Part shown: positions 9,568 through 18,676 of the stretch, in pieces
Numbering within the stretch: position 1 is the first letter of the stretch
How the letters are laid out: each line of letters starts with the position of its first letter
DNA from: Minisyncoccota bacterium
Lineage (GTDB): Bacteria > Patescibacteriota > Minisyncoccia > UBA6257
Length of the DNA stretch: 64,000 nt
Assembly (NCBI GenBank): GCA_028695015.1
Contig: JAQVJR010000002.1
Span: forward strand, 706-64,705
Direction of reading: 5' to 3'
Translations under genes and position numbers: made by a program
The notes under the pieces: generated by a model
Databases searched by the model: none
Seen by the model: only the letters and a program-made list of their open reading frames with translations
Told to the model about the DNA's origin: nothing

Positions 9568-9663
9568 TTGACAAAATTATATAAGAGAATTAATATACAA
9601 TTAGAATTCATAGGAAGAAGCACCTCTTTAGGTTTTGTCCTCAAGCGGTGCTCTTTTATTTTA
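9568..9663 (+). ncRNA. Candidate small RNA: sigma70-like promoter followed about 60 nt later by an intrinsic terminator
   Basis: TTGACA(9568-9573)-N17-TAATAT(9591-9596), then an AGCACC...GGUGCU extended hairpin with a UUUUAUUUUA tail. No plus-strand CDS nearby. Confidence 0.25.
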
Positions 9664-9727
9664 TAAACTTTAATGCTTGTTTTCTCTTTGCTATATTTTA
9701 CATTCTTTTACTTGAATTTACAAAAAT

Positions 9728-10678
9728 TTATTTATCCCAAGGAAAATCATTACCAAAATGCCCCCATTGGCTAGTTTTGAAATAGATAGGTTTTCTTAAA
9801 TCTAGGAAATCAATAATTCCTTTAGGGGTTAAATCAAATCCTTTAATTTGTATTTCCTTATTATCTATTAGAGCACTTTTCATTAAAGGTTGTTTTTGGC
9901 CAATAGCATAAGCTAATTTAATTAAAACTTCTTTTGCCTTGTATTTTTTTAAATAACTTATGGCTATTTTCCTTGCCATATAAGCAGCACTACGATCAAC
10001 TTTTGAAGGGTCTTTGCCACTAAAGCAACCTCCACCAACAGGTATTCTTGGTCCATAACTATCAACAATAATTTTTCTTCCAGTTAAACCAGTATCAGCA
10101 TCAAACCCACCAATACTCCAATCACCACAAGGATTAATGCAATATTCTTTTGCTTTTATTAGAGATTTTACTAATTTCTCAAGATCTTTTTGAGGAACAT
10201 TTTGAAAACTAACAACTACTGTTGATATTTCTTTATTTTTTATTGTTACTTGGGTTTTGCCATCAAAGGGATATTTTTCATAAATCTTTTGACATAAATC
10301 CCTTGCTAGTTCATATTCTAAAGGCATTAAGCTTTTTGTCTCTTTAGTAGCATAACCAATCATAATCCCCTGATCTCCTGCTCCACCAATTTCTACTCCC
10401 TGGGCTATTTCTGGACTTTGTTCAACTAGATTAATACTTAAATTATAATTCTTATTAATTAAGCTATAAACAATATCTGTAATTTGTTTTTTACTAATCT
10501 TGGCTTTACTTTTAATTTCTCCAATAATGACAATTTTATTATGACCTCCGATAACTTCTATAGCTGTACGACTATCTTTATCTTTTTCAAGATAATAATC
10601 TAAAATCTTATCTGCAATTTGATCACAGGTTTTATCAGGATGTTTTGGAGAAACAAATTCTGCTGTTTTGATTTTCAT
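9728..10678 (-). CDS. metK: S-adenosylmethionine synthetase (short form)
   Basis: HPDKTCDQIAD N-terminal motif and GGGCFSGKDPSKVDRSAAYMAR signature. Preceded by a SAM-I riboswitch. Confidence 0.85.
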   Translation of the reverse strand: MKIKTAEFVSPKHPDKTCDQIADKILDYYLEKDKDSRTAIEVIGGHNKIVIIGEIKSKAKISKKQITDIVYSLINKNYNLSINLVEQSPEIAQGVEIGGAGDQGIMIGYATKETKSLMPLEYELARDLCQKIYEKYPFDGKTQVTIKNKEISTVVVSFQNVPQKDLEKLVKSLIKAKEYCINPCGDWSIGGFDADTGLTGRKIIVDSYGPRIPVGGGCFSGKDPSKVDRSAAYMARKIAISYLKKYKAKEVLIKLAYAIGQKQPLMKSALIDNKEIQIKGFDLTPKGIIDFLDLRKPIYFKTSQWGHFGNDFPWDK

Positions 10679-10690
10679 AATTCATATTGA

Positions 10691-10726
10691 TTTAAAATTA
10701 AAACTCCTTCTTTAGAGAAGGAGTTT
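10691..10726 (-). terminator. Riboswitch expression-platform terminator
   Basis: AAACUCCUUC...GAAGGAGUUU hairpin followed by a U-rich tract on the minus strand, between the aptamer and the metK start. Confidence 0.6.
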
Positions 10727-10744
10727 CTTAAATTAAAAATCGAC

Positions 10745-10856
10745 CTTATTATCCTTCCCTAAATTAGGGCTGGATTTAGCACCTTCTTTAAGAAGTCATC
10801 TTAAAGGGTTGCTGCCGGATCTCAGGACCAGTTTCCTCCCCGGACTCTTGATAACT
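10745..10856 (-). ncRNA. SAM-I (S-box) riboswitch aptamer
   Basis: Minus-strand RNA reads ...UUAUCAAGAGUCCGGGGAGGAAACUGGUCCUGAGAUCCGGCAGCAACC...AGGUGCUAAAUCCAGC...GGAAGGAUAAUAAGG. This matches the SAM-I consensus blocks (AUCAAGAG, GGAGGGACUGGCCC, GCAACC, GGUGCUAAAUCCAGC, GAUAAGA). GC-rich island upstream of metK. Confidence 0.8.
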
Positions 10857-10902
10857 AACAATATTCAATTATTTTGTATTATATCATGAGAAAAGAGTGA
10901 TT

Positions 10903-11388
10903 TCAAATTTGTTCACGCTTATTTAGCATAAATTCTTGTAACCAAATAGCATCCTTTGTAAAGAGGACAAAAGAGCTGTCAGGTGTATGTTCTGACTTTT
11001 TATTACGTATTTTTATTTGAGCTGGTGATGAAGTCCAAAAATTTATTTTTGTTAATTGCAAGAAACGCATTAATATACCTGATCTTAATTCAATATTTTG
11101 AATACTATTAGATGGTATTAATTTTGATCTTTTTACTAAAATTCCAGATTTGATAGCTATACCATCTTCTTTCACTATAAAAGAAAAGTTTAAATAATGT
11201 AAATACAAAACAAAGAAAGCAGGAATAAAGACAAAGAATATTAATCCTGGTATTAAAATAGCCCCAACTTCTAAGGCATTAAGGATAGATAAAAGAATTA
11301 AAAAGAAAATAATTAAAACAACAAAGTTCAATAAGTAATATGATAATACTTTTTTAGGCATTTTGTGAGGAATATTTAAATTTATCAT
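10903..11388 (-). CDS. Membrane protein with bacterial PH (bPH_2/YdbS-like) domain
   Basis: Two N-terminal TM helices followed by an IVKEDGIAIKSGILVKRSKLIPSNSIQNIEL pattern typical of bPH_2. Confidence 0.45.
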   Translation of the reverse strand: MINLNIPHKMPKKVLSYYLLNFVVLIIFFLILLSILNALEVGAILIPGLIFFVFIPAFFVLYLHYLNFSFIVKEDGIAIKSGILVKRSKLIPSNSIQNIELRSGILMRFLQLTKINFWTSSPAQIKIRNKKSEHTPDSSFVLFTKDAIWLQEFMLNKREQI

Positions 11389-11419
11389 AGATATTTTATT
11401 TTATTTAAATTTTAATTTA

Positions 11420-13864
11420 TTATTTCCAAAGTTTTAAAATTTTATTTTTAATCTTTTGATCAAAAAACTTAATCAACTCTTTATTAGCCTTAATAGCTTT
11501 CTGCTCCAAATCAAGCACTTCGATAATTTGTTTTTGAACTTTTATTGGTGGCAAAGGTACTTGGAGATTCTGAATATCGTTTTGGTTTATACTTGGGTAT
11601 GCTCCTCGCTCCATTCTTAAAATCATTTGATTTTGCAAGTAATCAGAGAAAAGTACGTAATATATATATTTACCAATAACATTCTTTTTTGGAGCAAGGA
11701 CGGCAAAACCTGTAGAAACTATTGTATTTTTTGGCAATTCGTTTAAATATGCGAAAGCTTTTAAATTTGGTCTAACTGTAGATAATAAAATATCTCCCTT
11801 TTGAGCAATTCTTTTTGCCCTACTTGGTGCTTCATCGCCTTTTATTTTATTCCTAAAAGAAATATTACCAGATGTGTTTTCCACAGAAGAAATATCAACA
11901 TAGTAAAATAATTTATTTCCATAAGTGCTTATAGGATCAATGGAATTTTTATTTATTTCTACAATTTCTTCTAATCTTTTTATTTCCCATTCTGGATTAA
12001 TTTCAATGATTGGTTTATAATTTTCTATTATTTGTTTCGCACCGTCTATGATTTTTTGATAATTATTAAGCTCCGCAACAATTTGTTTTTGAACTTCCAT
12101 TGGCGGGAGAGGGATTTGAATTTTCCTTAAATATTGTTTTGACAAATGCTTAAGTCCCGCTCCTCTAAAACCAGCATTAAGAACATTTATATTATTTTTA
12201 AGACAGTAATATAAGAACGTATTGTCTAAATCTTTGGTTTTACTTTTAATAACGAAAACATCAGCAGAGGTTGTAAAATTTCTTGATAAATGAACGCTCG
12301 CCATGCCTCCTGTGCCTAAAATTAAGGCTTCTTCTTTATAGTCAGCTACATTAAACCATTTATCCTGTACTTGACTTGAAGTAAAAAATGGATAATCTCC
12401 AGTAAGTTTACCATCGCCAGCTTTTCTTTTTGATTTTTGCAAGAATTCAATTAATTTTCCTAATTCCACCATTTGCCACGTCGCTTCCATTCCAATTCCT
12501 CTTTCACTGCTGGCATAATGGTTAATAGAAAGATTATATTCCCCGTCCTCGGCAATCTTTTCTTTTTTGATAACACTTGCTAATTTTTGCTCTTTTTCGC
12601 TAAGATTAAATTTTTTATCTTGCTGAACTGTTTGCTTATATTTTTTAATAATTTCTAAAGCTTTGGGTAAATCATTTTTATCTATTTCTCTCCTTTGTGC
12701 ACCTAGATCAAAACCATCATTTTCAATTTTGACAAATAGAATTTCTTTCACTTTTCGTGCTATTGGATTGCTGAAAAACAAGATACTAGTCTTGACACCA
12801 GCATAAGGATTAAATACTCCTCGTGGCAAAGAAACAACAGCCCAAAGTCCGTCTTCAACAAGTATTTTACGAAGCTGTTTATAGGCTCTACCTGATTGAA
12901 AAATTATACCTTCTGGAACAATAATACCAGCTTTTCCATTAGGAGCTAGATGCTCTACTATATAGTCTACAAACAATACCTCTGACCGTTTAGATTGTAT
13001 AAGAAAGCGATTATGAGGCTTTATACCACCTCTTGGAGTCATAAAAGGAGGATTAGCTAGTAAACAATCAAAAGCATCATCCCAACGCTCTAAACTGCTT
13101 AAAGTGTTATATTCATAGATGCCAGGTTCAGCGAAACCATGTAAATAAAGATTTACAAGTGATAAACGTACCATTTCGTGAGATATATCATAACCTACTA
13201 TATTATTCGTCAGTTTTTTTCTTTCTGTAGAAGTCAATAAAGAACCTGGCCTGCCCATTTTCTTATCTGTATTATTTTTTAATATATGTTTGTAAGCGGC
13301 AATAAGAAAACCAGCAGTACCACAAGCTGGATCTAATATCTTATCTTCTTTTTGTGGGTCAACTATTTCAACTATAAAATCAATGATATGACGTGGTGTT
13401 CTAAAATAGCCTGCTTTCTTTTGTCCAGCAACAGTTGATAAAAGATATTCAAAAGCGTTTCCTAACTCTTCGCTATGATCATATTTAAATTCATTAATTC
13501 CTTTAAGAAATAAATCTAATATGGCCGGATCTTTAAATGGTAAAATAGCACCCTTAAAAATATCCCTGAATAGCTGCGGTAGTTTATTATTCGTGCTCAT
13601 TTTTTCTAATCCTTCAGAATAAAGCAAAACTCTTTCGTGCCCAGCGAGAGAACGATCCATTATATTTTTCCAAGAATATTTTTTATATTCACCAGAAAAA
13701 AATAATTTACCGCCTAATTCCTCATTCTGTTCATCAATATCACTCATGAACTTATAAATTAAACTAAGCGTGATTTGTTCTATCTGTTGAGAAGGCACAG
13801 GAATTTTACCAACAAGCACATCACGCAAGTAATCTATTTTTCTTTTTGTTTCTGCGGTTAACAT
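11420..13864 (-). CDS. hsdMS: Type I restriction-modification system, fused methyltransferase (HsdM) + specificity (HsdS) subunit
   Basis: HsdM motifs GYFRTPRHI, DPACGTAGFL (motif I) and NPPF (motif IV) in the N-terminal 470 aa. Then two target-recognition domains separated by HsdS conserved coiled regions (PLPPMEVQKQIVAELN... and LQVPLPPIKVQKQIIEVLD...). Confidence 0.75.
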   Translation of the reverse strand: MLTAETKRKIDYLRDVLVGKIPVPSQQIEQITLSLIYKFMSDIDEQNEELGGKLFFSGEYKKYSWKNIMDRSLAGHERVLLYSEGLEKMSTNNKLPQLFRDIFKGAILPFKDPAILDLFLKGINEFKYDHSEELGNAFEYLLSTVAGQKKAGYFRTPRHIIDFIVEIVDPQKEDKILDPACGTAGFLIAAYKHILKNNTDKKMGRPGSLLTSTERKKLTNNIVGYDISHEMVRLSLVNLYLHGFAEPGIYEYNTLSSLERWDDAFDCLLANPPFMTPRGGIKPHNRFLIQSKRSEVLFVDYIVEHLAPNGKAGIIVPEGIIFQSGRAYKQLRKILVEDGLWAVVSLPRGVFNPYAGVKTSILFFSNPIARKVKEILFVKIENDGFDLGAQRREIDKNDLPKALEIIKKYKQTVQQDKKFNLSEKEQKLASVIKKEKIAEDGEYNLSINHYASSERGIGMEATWQMVELGKLIEFLQKSKRKAGDGKLTGDYPFFTSSQVQDKWFNVADYKEEALILGTGGMASVHLSRNFTTSADVFVIKSKTKDLDNTFLYYCLKNNINVLNAGFRGAGLKHLSKQYLRKIQIPLPPMEVQKQIVAELNNYQKIIDGAKQIIENYKPIIEINPEWEIKRLEEIVEINKNSIDPISTYGNKLFYYVDISSVENTSGNISFRNKIKGDEAPSRAKRIAQKGDILLSTVRPNLKAFAYLNELPKNTIVSTGFAVLAPKKNVIGKYIYYVLFSDYLQNQMILRMERGAYPSINQNDIQNLQVPLPPIKVQKQIIEVLDLEQKAIKANKELIKFFDQKIKNKILKLWK

Positions 13865-13869
13865 ATTAA

Positions 13870-16377
13870 TTAAACAAAAGCATTTAGCCTAACATTATCT
13901 TTTATATATTCAGGGATTTTAGTTAAATAATCTTCTTTGCCAAGTTTTTGTAAAACCTCTATTATTGTTGGATCTCCAGCTAATTCATTAAAACGTTTTT
14001 GATTAATTACTGTTCGGAAGTTTTCATCTACTAAATAGCTTCTAAAAAATTCACGTGCTTCGTAATACAATTCCGGCTTAATTTCTGAATTAACTAAATA
14101 CTTTTCAAATTCTTCTTGCGCTAATTCATCTTTTGATTTAAAACGTGGAATACGTCCCAAAACTTTATCCATTATTTCCCAAAAGGAAATATGACGGTCA
14201 GCTTTATATCCTTGCCTAATACGCTCTAAGGTAAAGAAATCTTCTGGTTTATTGAATATATTTTCTTTAACAAACTGCTCCATTAATTCATAATCACCAT
14301 TCTTAATAGCTTCTTTAAATTCATTATGTTTTTTAGCAGCCTCTTTAACTGTATTTTCAAACCGGCTAATATAAAGTTCTTTATCTACACGCATTATATT
14401 TCCTTCAAAAGTCATTACTTCCATCATCTTTAAAGGATCAGGGATGTTAATTGAAGTTTTATCAACTAATGGTACTGGGGCTAGCTTTTCTGTTATGCCT
14501 TTTTTTCTTGGAGGTAATTTAATAACTTGATCATAGGGATATTTCGTTTCAAAATATTCACAATTAGCAAAAAAATCAAAAAGTTTATACCCTTCCTTTG
14601 TTTTTCTCACTTCATTATCTCTATCTGAATGCTTAAAAGTATAAATACGAGTACCACGTCCTTTAATCTGAACAAAATCAGTTGGTGAAAAAATTGGTCT
14701 CATTAAACAAAGATTTAATACATCTTGGCAATCATAACCAGTTGTCATCATTCCAACAGTTACACAAACTCTTGTTTTGCTAGACTTATAACCTTCTAGA
14801 AATTTAGTAAATCCATTAAGTTTATTATTAGCAAAATTAATAGTCATTTTTTGAGCACTTGGAACATCTGAAGTAATCTGAACAGCAAAATCAGAATTGT
14901 ATTTTTCAGGAAACATTTTCATAGCAAATTCATTTAATATCTGAGTAATCTTTGAAGCGTGCTTACGACTAACACAGAACACGATTGTTTTTCCTATTTC
15001 ATTAGTTATGGGATCACGTTCAGCATTATCCATAAATGCTTTTACGAATTCAGAATTTGTTTGTTCGGAAAAGAAATTTCTTTCAAAATCACTTTGGTTA
15101 TAAATAACTTGTTCTTCTTCCCCTTCCTCTGTTTGTACCTGTACTGCATAACCTTCATCAGATAAAAGCTGAGTCGTTATTTCTGTACGACAATCTATGG
15201 CTGTTGGTAAAACCAAGAATCCATCTTTGGCACCATCAACTAGTGTATAGCGAAAAGTTGGTTCACTGCTCTCACACCCAAATGTTTTATAAGTAGATAA
15301 AAGATTGCGTCTTTCCATTTCTCTAGGATCACGTTCATTAATATCTTTCTGACTAAGATTTTTAAGATAATCTTTTGGAGTAGCAGTTAAACCTAATTTA
15401 TGGCCAATAAAATATTCAAAAATGGTGCGACTATTTCCAGAAATTGAACGATGGGCTTCATCAGAAATGATTAAATCAAAATCAGTGGGCGTAAAGATTT
15501 TAAGATATTTATTATTATGAGAAATGCTTTGGACTGTGGTAATAACAACTTCAGCTTTACGCCAATCATCTCTATTCTGTTTAAAAATAACTGTATGATA
15601 ATCTGGCTGTAAGAATTTTTTAAATGCTTTTTCAGCTTGATTTTCTAATTCCAAACGGTCAACTAAAAACAAAACACGGCGTGCATTGTTAGTTTTAAGA
15701 TAAAGCTTAATAATTGCAGAAGCAAGAACTGTTTTACCAGTACCTGTTGCCATTTCAAAGAGAAAGCGATTTTTACCCTCAGAAACAGCTCTTTGTAAAG
15801 ATTTTATAGCATCAAGTTGATATTGACGAAGAAAATGTAAGCCAGTATCAAAAATAAATGACTGCCTTTTTTGTTCATCAGGCCATCGTGGGTCTTGTTC
15901 GTAAAAAGGGTTTTGAGTTAAGGCAATATAATTTTCTTTTATTTCTTCCTTTATAATTTTATTAGTATCTGGAGTAAATTCTTTATTACCTTTTAAGCTT
16001 TGAAGGGTTGGAAATGTAGAAATTCTTGTTGGATTGCCTAATTCTTTATCCCAAAAATAATGAATATTACCATTAGAAAGAATGATAAAGCGAACATTTT
16101 GACTATTAGCATATCGGCGAGCTTGCTCCTTGCCAATTAAAGGATCTTTACTTTCAGATTTTGCTTCTAAAACACAGATTGGAAAGTTTTGATTATCTAA
16201 TAAAAGATAATCTACAAAACCTGTACTAGATTTTTGAAAATCATTTCCCAGCTCCTCTATTTCAATATTACCTTCTAGTTTTATATTTGCTTTTCCATCT
16301 TTATTATCAAAAAATCTCCAACCAGATTTTTGGAGCAAATCATTAATTTTAATCCTCGCCCTTGCTTCTTTTTCCAT
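13870..16377 (-). CDS. hsdR: Type I restriction enzyme R subunit (compact, 835 aa)
   Basis: N-terminal PD-(D/E)xK nuclease (VLEAKSES...QARRYA). SF2 ATPase motifs MATGTGKT and SDEAHRS. 5 bp upstream of hsdMS. Confidence 0.8.
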   Translation of the reverse strand: MEKEARARIKINDLLQKSGWRFFDNKDGKANIKLEGNIEIEELGNDFQKSSTGFVDYLLLDNQNFPICVLEAKSESKDPLIGKEQARRYANSQNVRFIILSNGNIHYFWDKELGNPTRISTFPTLQSLKGNKEFTPDTNKIIKEEIKENYIALTQNPFYEQDPRWPDEQKRQSFIFDTGLHFLRQYQLDAIKSLQRAVSEGKNRFLFEMATGTGKTVLASAIIKLYLKTNNARRVLFLVDRLELENQAEKAFKKFLQPDYHTVIFKQNRDDWRKAEVVITTVQSISHNNKYLKIFTPTDFDLIISDEAHRSISGNSRTIFEYFIGHKLGLTATPKDYLKNLSQKDINERDPREMERRNLLSTYKTFGCESSEPTFRYTLVDGAKDGFLVLPTAIDCRTEITTQLLSDEGYAVQVQTEEGEEEQVIYNQSDFERNFFSEQTNSEFVKAFMDNAERDPITNEIGKTIVFCVSRKHASKITQILNEFAMKMFPEKYNSDFAVQITSDVPSAQKMTINFANNKLNGFTKFLEGYKSSKTRVCVTVGMMTTGYDCQDVLNLCLMRPIFSPTDFVQIKGRGTRIYTFKHSDRDNEVRKTKEGYKLFDFFANCEYFETKYPYDQVIKLPPRKKGITEKLAPVPLVDKTSINIPDPLKMMEVMTFEGNIMRVDKELYISRFENTVKEAAKKHNEFKEAIKNGDYELMEQFVKENIFNKPEDFFTLERIRQGYKADRHISFWEIMDKVLGRIPRFKSKDELAQEEFEKYLVNSEIKPELYYEAREFFRSYLVDENFRTVINQKRFNELAGDPTIIEVLQKLGKEDYLTKIPEYIKDNVRLNAFV

Positions 16378-16490
16378 TATTTCTGAATTTTTCTATAATT
16401 CTATTTATTTAAATAAAAAACCCCCACCGTTTTTATACTATATCATTTTTTTGGAAAACAAGGAATGCTTAGGGTATAATAAGAAACATC

Positions 16491-18065
16491 ATGAAAAATC
16501 AAGAAAAATTAGCTCAAATAATAGTAGAAAGAGCTAATAAACAACAAGTATCTACTAAACAAGAGATTATTGAAATTCAAAGGGAAGTTAGTAAAGAATT
16601 TCATAATTTTTTTATTCCTTTTTCTGAATTATTAAAAAGCTATAAAAAATTAATTCAATTAAAGAAAATCCTACCTAATAAACAATTAGAAGGATTGTTA
16701 AAAAAAGCTAGAATTCGTTCTTTATCAGGCATTGTAGCTATTACTGTAATTACTAAACCTTATCCTTGTCCAGGAAATTGTTTGTATTGCCCTGATATAT
16801 CTAATATGCCTAAAAGCTATTTACCTGATGAACCAGCTTGTATGCGGGCTTTATTAAATAAGTTTGATCCATATAAGCAAATCCAAATGAGAACTCAAGC
16901 TTTAAGAGCTAATGGACACCCAACAGATAAAATAGAATTAATTGTCTTAGGAGGTACCTGGTCATATTATCCTAAAAAATACCAAAATTGGTTTATTAAG
17001 AGATGCTTTGATGGAGCTAATAATAAAACATCTAAGAGCTTAGAATTAGCTCAAAAGATTAATGAAAAAACAGATAATAGGATTATTGGTCTAACAATAG
17101 AAACTAGACCTGATTATATTAATCTAGAAGAAGTAGAAAGATTAAGAAAATTAGGTGTTACTAGAGTGGAATTAGGAATTCAAAGCCTAGAAGATGATGT
17201 TTTAGAATTTAATAAAAGAGGTCACTTAGTTGATCAAACCATAAAAGCAACAAAATTATTGAAAAATGCTGGATTTAAAATCACTTATCATATGATGCTT
17301 AATTTACCTGGTTCTGATTTAAAAAAAGATGAAAAGATGTTTGTTAAACTATTTTCTAATCCTGATTTTCAACCAGATCAATTAAAAATCTATCCTTGTG
17401 CTGTTTTAAAAACCGCACCTTTGTATAAAATGTTTTTAGATAAACAATACCAACCATATACAGAAAAACAGCTAATAAATCTTTTAATTAAAATCAAAGA
17501 GGAAATCCCTTCATATGTTAGGATTATCAGAATCATTCGTGATATTCCTGCTAATAATATTATTGCTGGGAATAAAGTTTCAAATTTAAGACAAGTAATT
17601 CAAGCTCAGATGAAAGAAGAAAACAAATCCTGTCAATGTATAAGATGTCGAGAACCTTATGATATTCCAATTGATTTTAAGAATGTTAAATTAATTCACA
17701 GAGAATATATGGCTCATAATGGTAAGGAAATCTTTCTTTCTTATGAAGATGTAAAAAACAACAAGATTTTAGCTTTTCTAAGATTGCGTTTACCAAATGA
17801 ATGGACTTTTCCTTATCTTAAAGATTCTGCTCTCATACGTGAATTACATAGTTATGGTATAGTGGCGCCTTTAAAAAAAGACAAGAAATCTAATATCCAA
17901 CATAAAGGTTTGGGTAGTAAATTAATGAAACAAGCAGAAAAGATTGTTAAAGAACATACTCAATATAATAAAATAGCCGTGATTAGCGGCATAGGAGTTA
18001 GAGAATATTATCGTAAATTAGGATATCGTTTATCTAATACTTATATGATAAAGAAACTTTTGTGA
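16491..18065 (+). CDS. elp3: Elp3-like radical SAM + GNAT acetyltransferase (tRNA uridine-34 acetyltransferase homolog)
   Basis: Elp3-type N-terminus RSLSGIVAITVITKPYPCPGNCLYCP. C-terminal GNAT region (HKGLGSKLMKQAEKI). Length 524 aa. Confidence 0.8.
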   Translation: MKNQEKLAQIIVERANKQQVSTKQEIIEIQREVSKEFHNFFIPFSELLKSYKKLIQLKKILPNKQLEGLLKKARIRSLSGIVAITVITKPYPCPGNCLYCPDISNMPKSYLPDEPACMRALLNKFDPYKQIQMRTQALRANGHPTDKIELIVLGGTWSYYPKKYQNWFIKRCFDGANNKTSKSLELAQKINEKTDNRIIGLTIETRPDYINLEEVERLRKLGVTRVELGIQSLEDDVLEFNKRGHLVDQTIKATKLLKNAGFKITYHMMLNLPGSDLKKDEKMFVKLFSNPDFQPDQLKIYPCAVLKTAPLYKMFLDKQYQPYTEKQLINLLIKIKEEIPSYVRIIRIIRDIPANNIIAGNKVSNLRQVIQAQMKEENKSCQCIRCREPYDIPIDFKNVKLIHREYMAHNGKEIFLSYEDVKNNKILAFLRLRLPNEWTFPYLKDSALIRELHSYGIVAPLKKDKKSNIQHKGLGSKLMKQAEKIVKEHTQYNKIAVISGIGVREYYRKLGYRLSNTYMIKKLL

Positions 18066-18068
18066 TTT

Positions 18069-18611
18069 TCATATTATCTTAATGTATTTTTTAGAAAAAA
18101 TATTTCCTAAGAAAAAATCTTTTTCTTTCATTTTTTTATCAAATTCTTTTTTAGCAAGTTCTATAGAATTAATTTCCCTACCGCTTAATCGTTGAATTTC
18201 TAAAAGATGTTTTTGAAGCTCAAGAGTATCAAAATCCCCAATAATTAAAAGATCTATATCGCTTTCTGGAGAAAGTTTATTATCAGCATAAGGCCCAAAA
18301 ATATAAATAGAATCAATGCCTTTTATTTTTTCCAATCTTTCTTTTAGAATTTTCTCAAACCCGATTTTTTTTAATACAATATTTCGATATTCTTTTAAAA
18401 GTGGATAATTTTTATTAATAAAAAAATAACGTTGATTTCCTTGAAATTCATCATCTAAAATCCCTTGCTCTTTAAGTTCTATAAGTTTTGTATGCACATT
18501 TTTAGGATCTTCTTTGATTATTTTGGCTATTTCATTAATATAAAACCTTTCATCCTCATTAAGGAAGAAATAATTAAGAAGTTTTTTTGTGATTTTAGAG
18601 CGTATGACCAT
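18069..18611 (-). CDS. wHTH + minimal nucleotidyltransferase (MNT/Pol-beta family) protein
   Basis: N-terminal winged HTH (YINEIAKIIKEDPKNVHTKLIELKEQGIL). NTase motif IYIFGPYADNKLSPESDIDLLIIGD (GS...DxD). No HepT partner seen. Confidence 0.6.
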   Translation of the reverse strand: MVIRSKITKKLLNYFFLNEDERFYINEIAKIIKEDPKNVHTKLIELKEQGILDDEFQGNQRYFFINKNYPLLKEYRNIVLKKIGFEKILKERLEKIKGIDSIYIFGPYADNKLSPESDIDLLIIGDFDTLELQKHLLEIQRLSGREINSIELAKKEFDKKMKEKDFFLGNIFSKKYIKII

Positions 18612-18618
18612 ATTCCCT

Positions 18619-18661
18619 TATGGTTAATTTCTACCATAATTATGGTAAATTTTTACCATAA
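18619..18661. promoter_or_regulatory. Operator-like array of ACCATAA/TTATGGT half-sites, including the 16-bp palindrome TACCATAATTATGGTA
   Basis: Seen directly, 8-50 bp upstream of the wHTH-NTase gene start. Confidence 0.35.
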
Positions 18662-18676
18662 AAGCAAGTCCAGAAT

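Noticed and set aside
16420-16440. Shared 10-mer CCCCACCGTT at 16425 and 22832, both upstream of plus-strand genes
   Set aside because: Only two occurrences and the contexts differ. Likely a chance G/C patch; mentioned only because GC-rich 10-mers are rare here.
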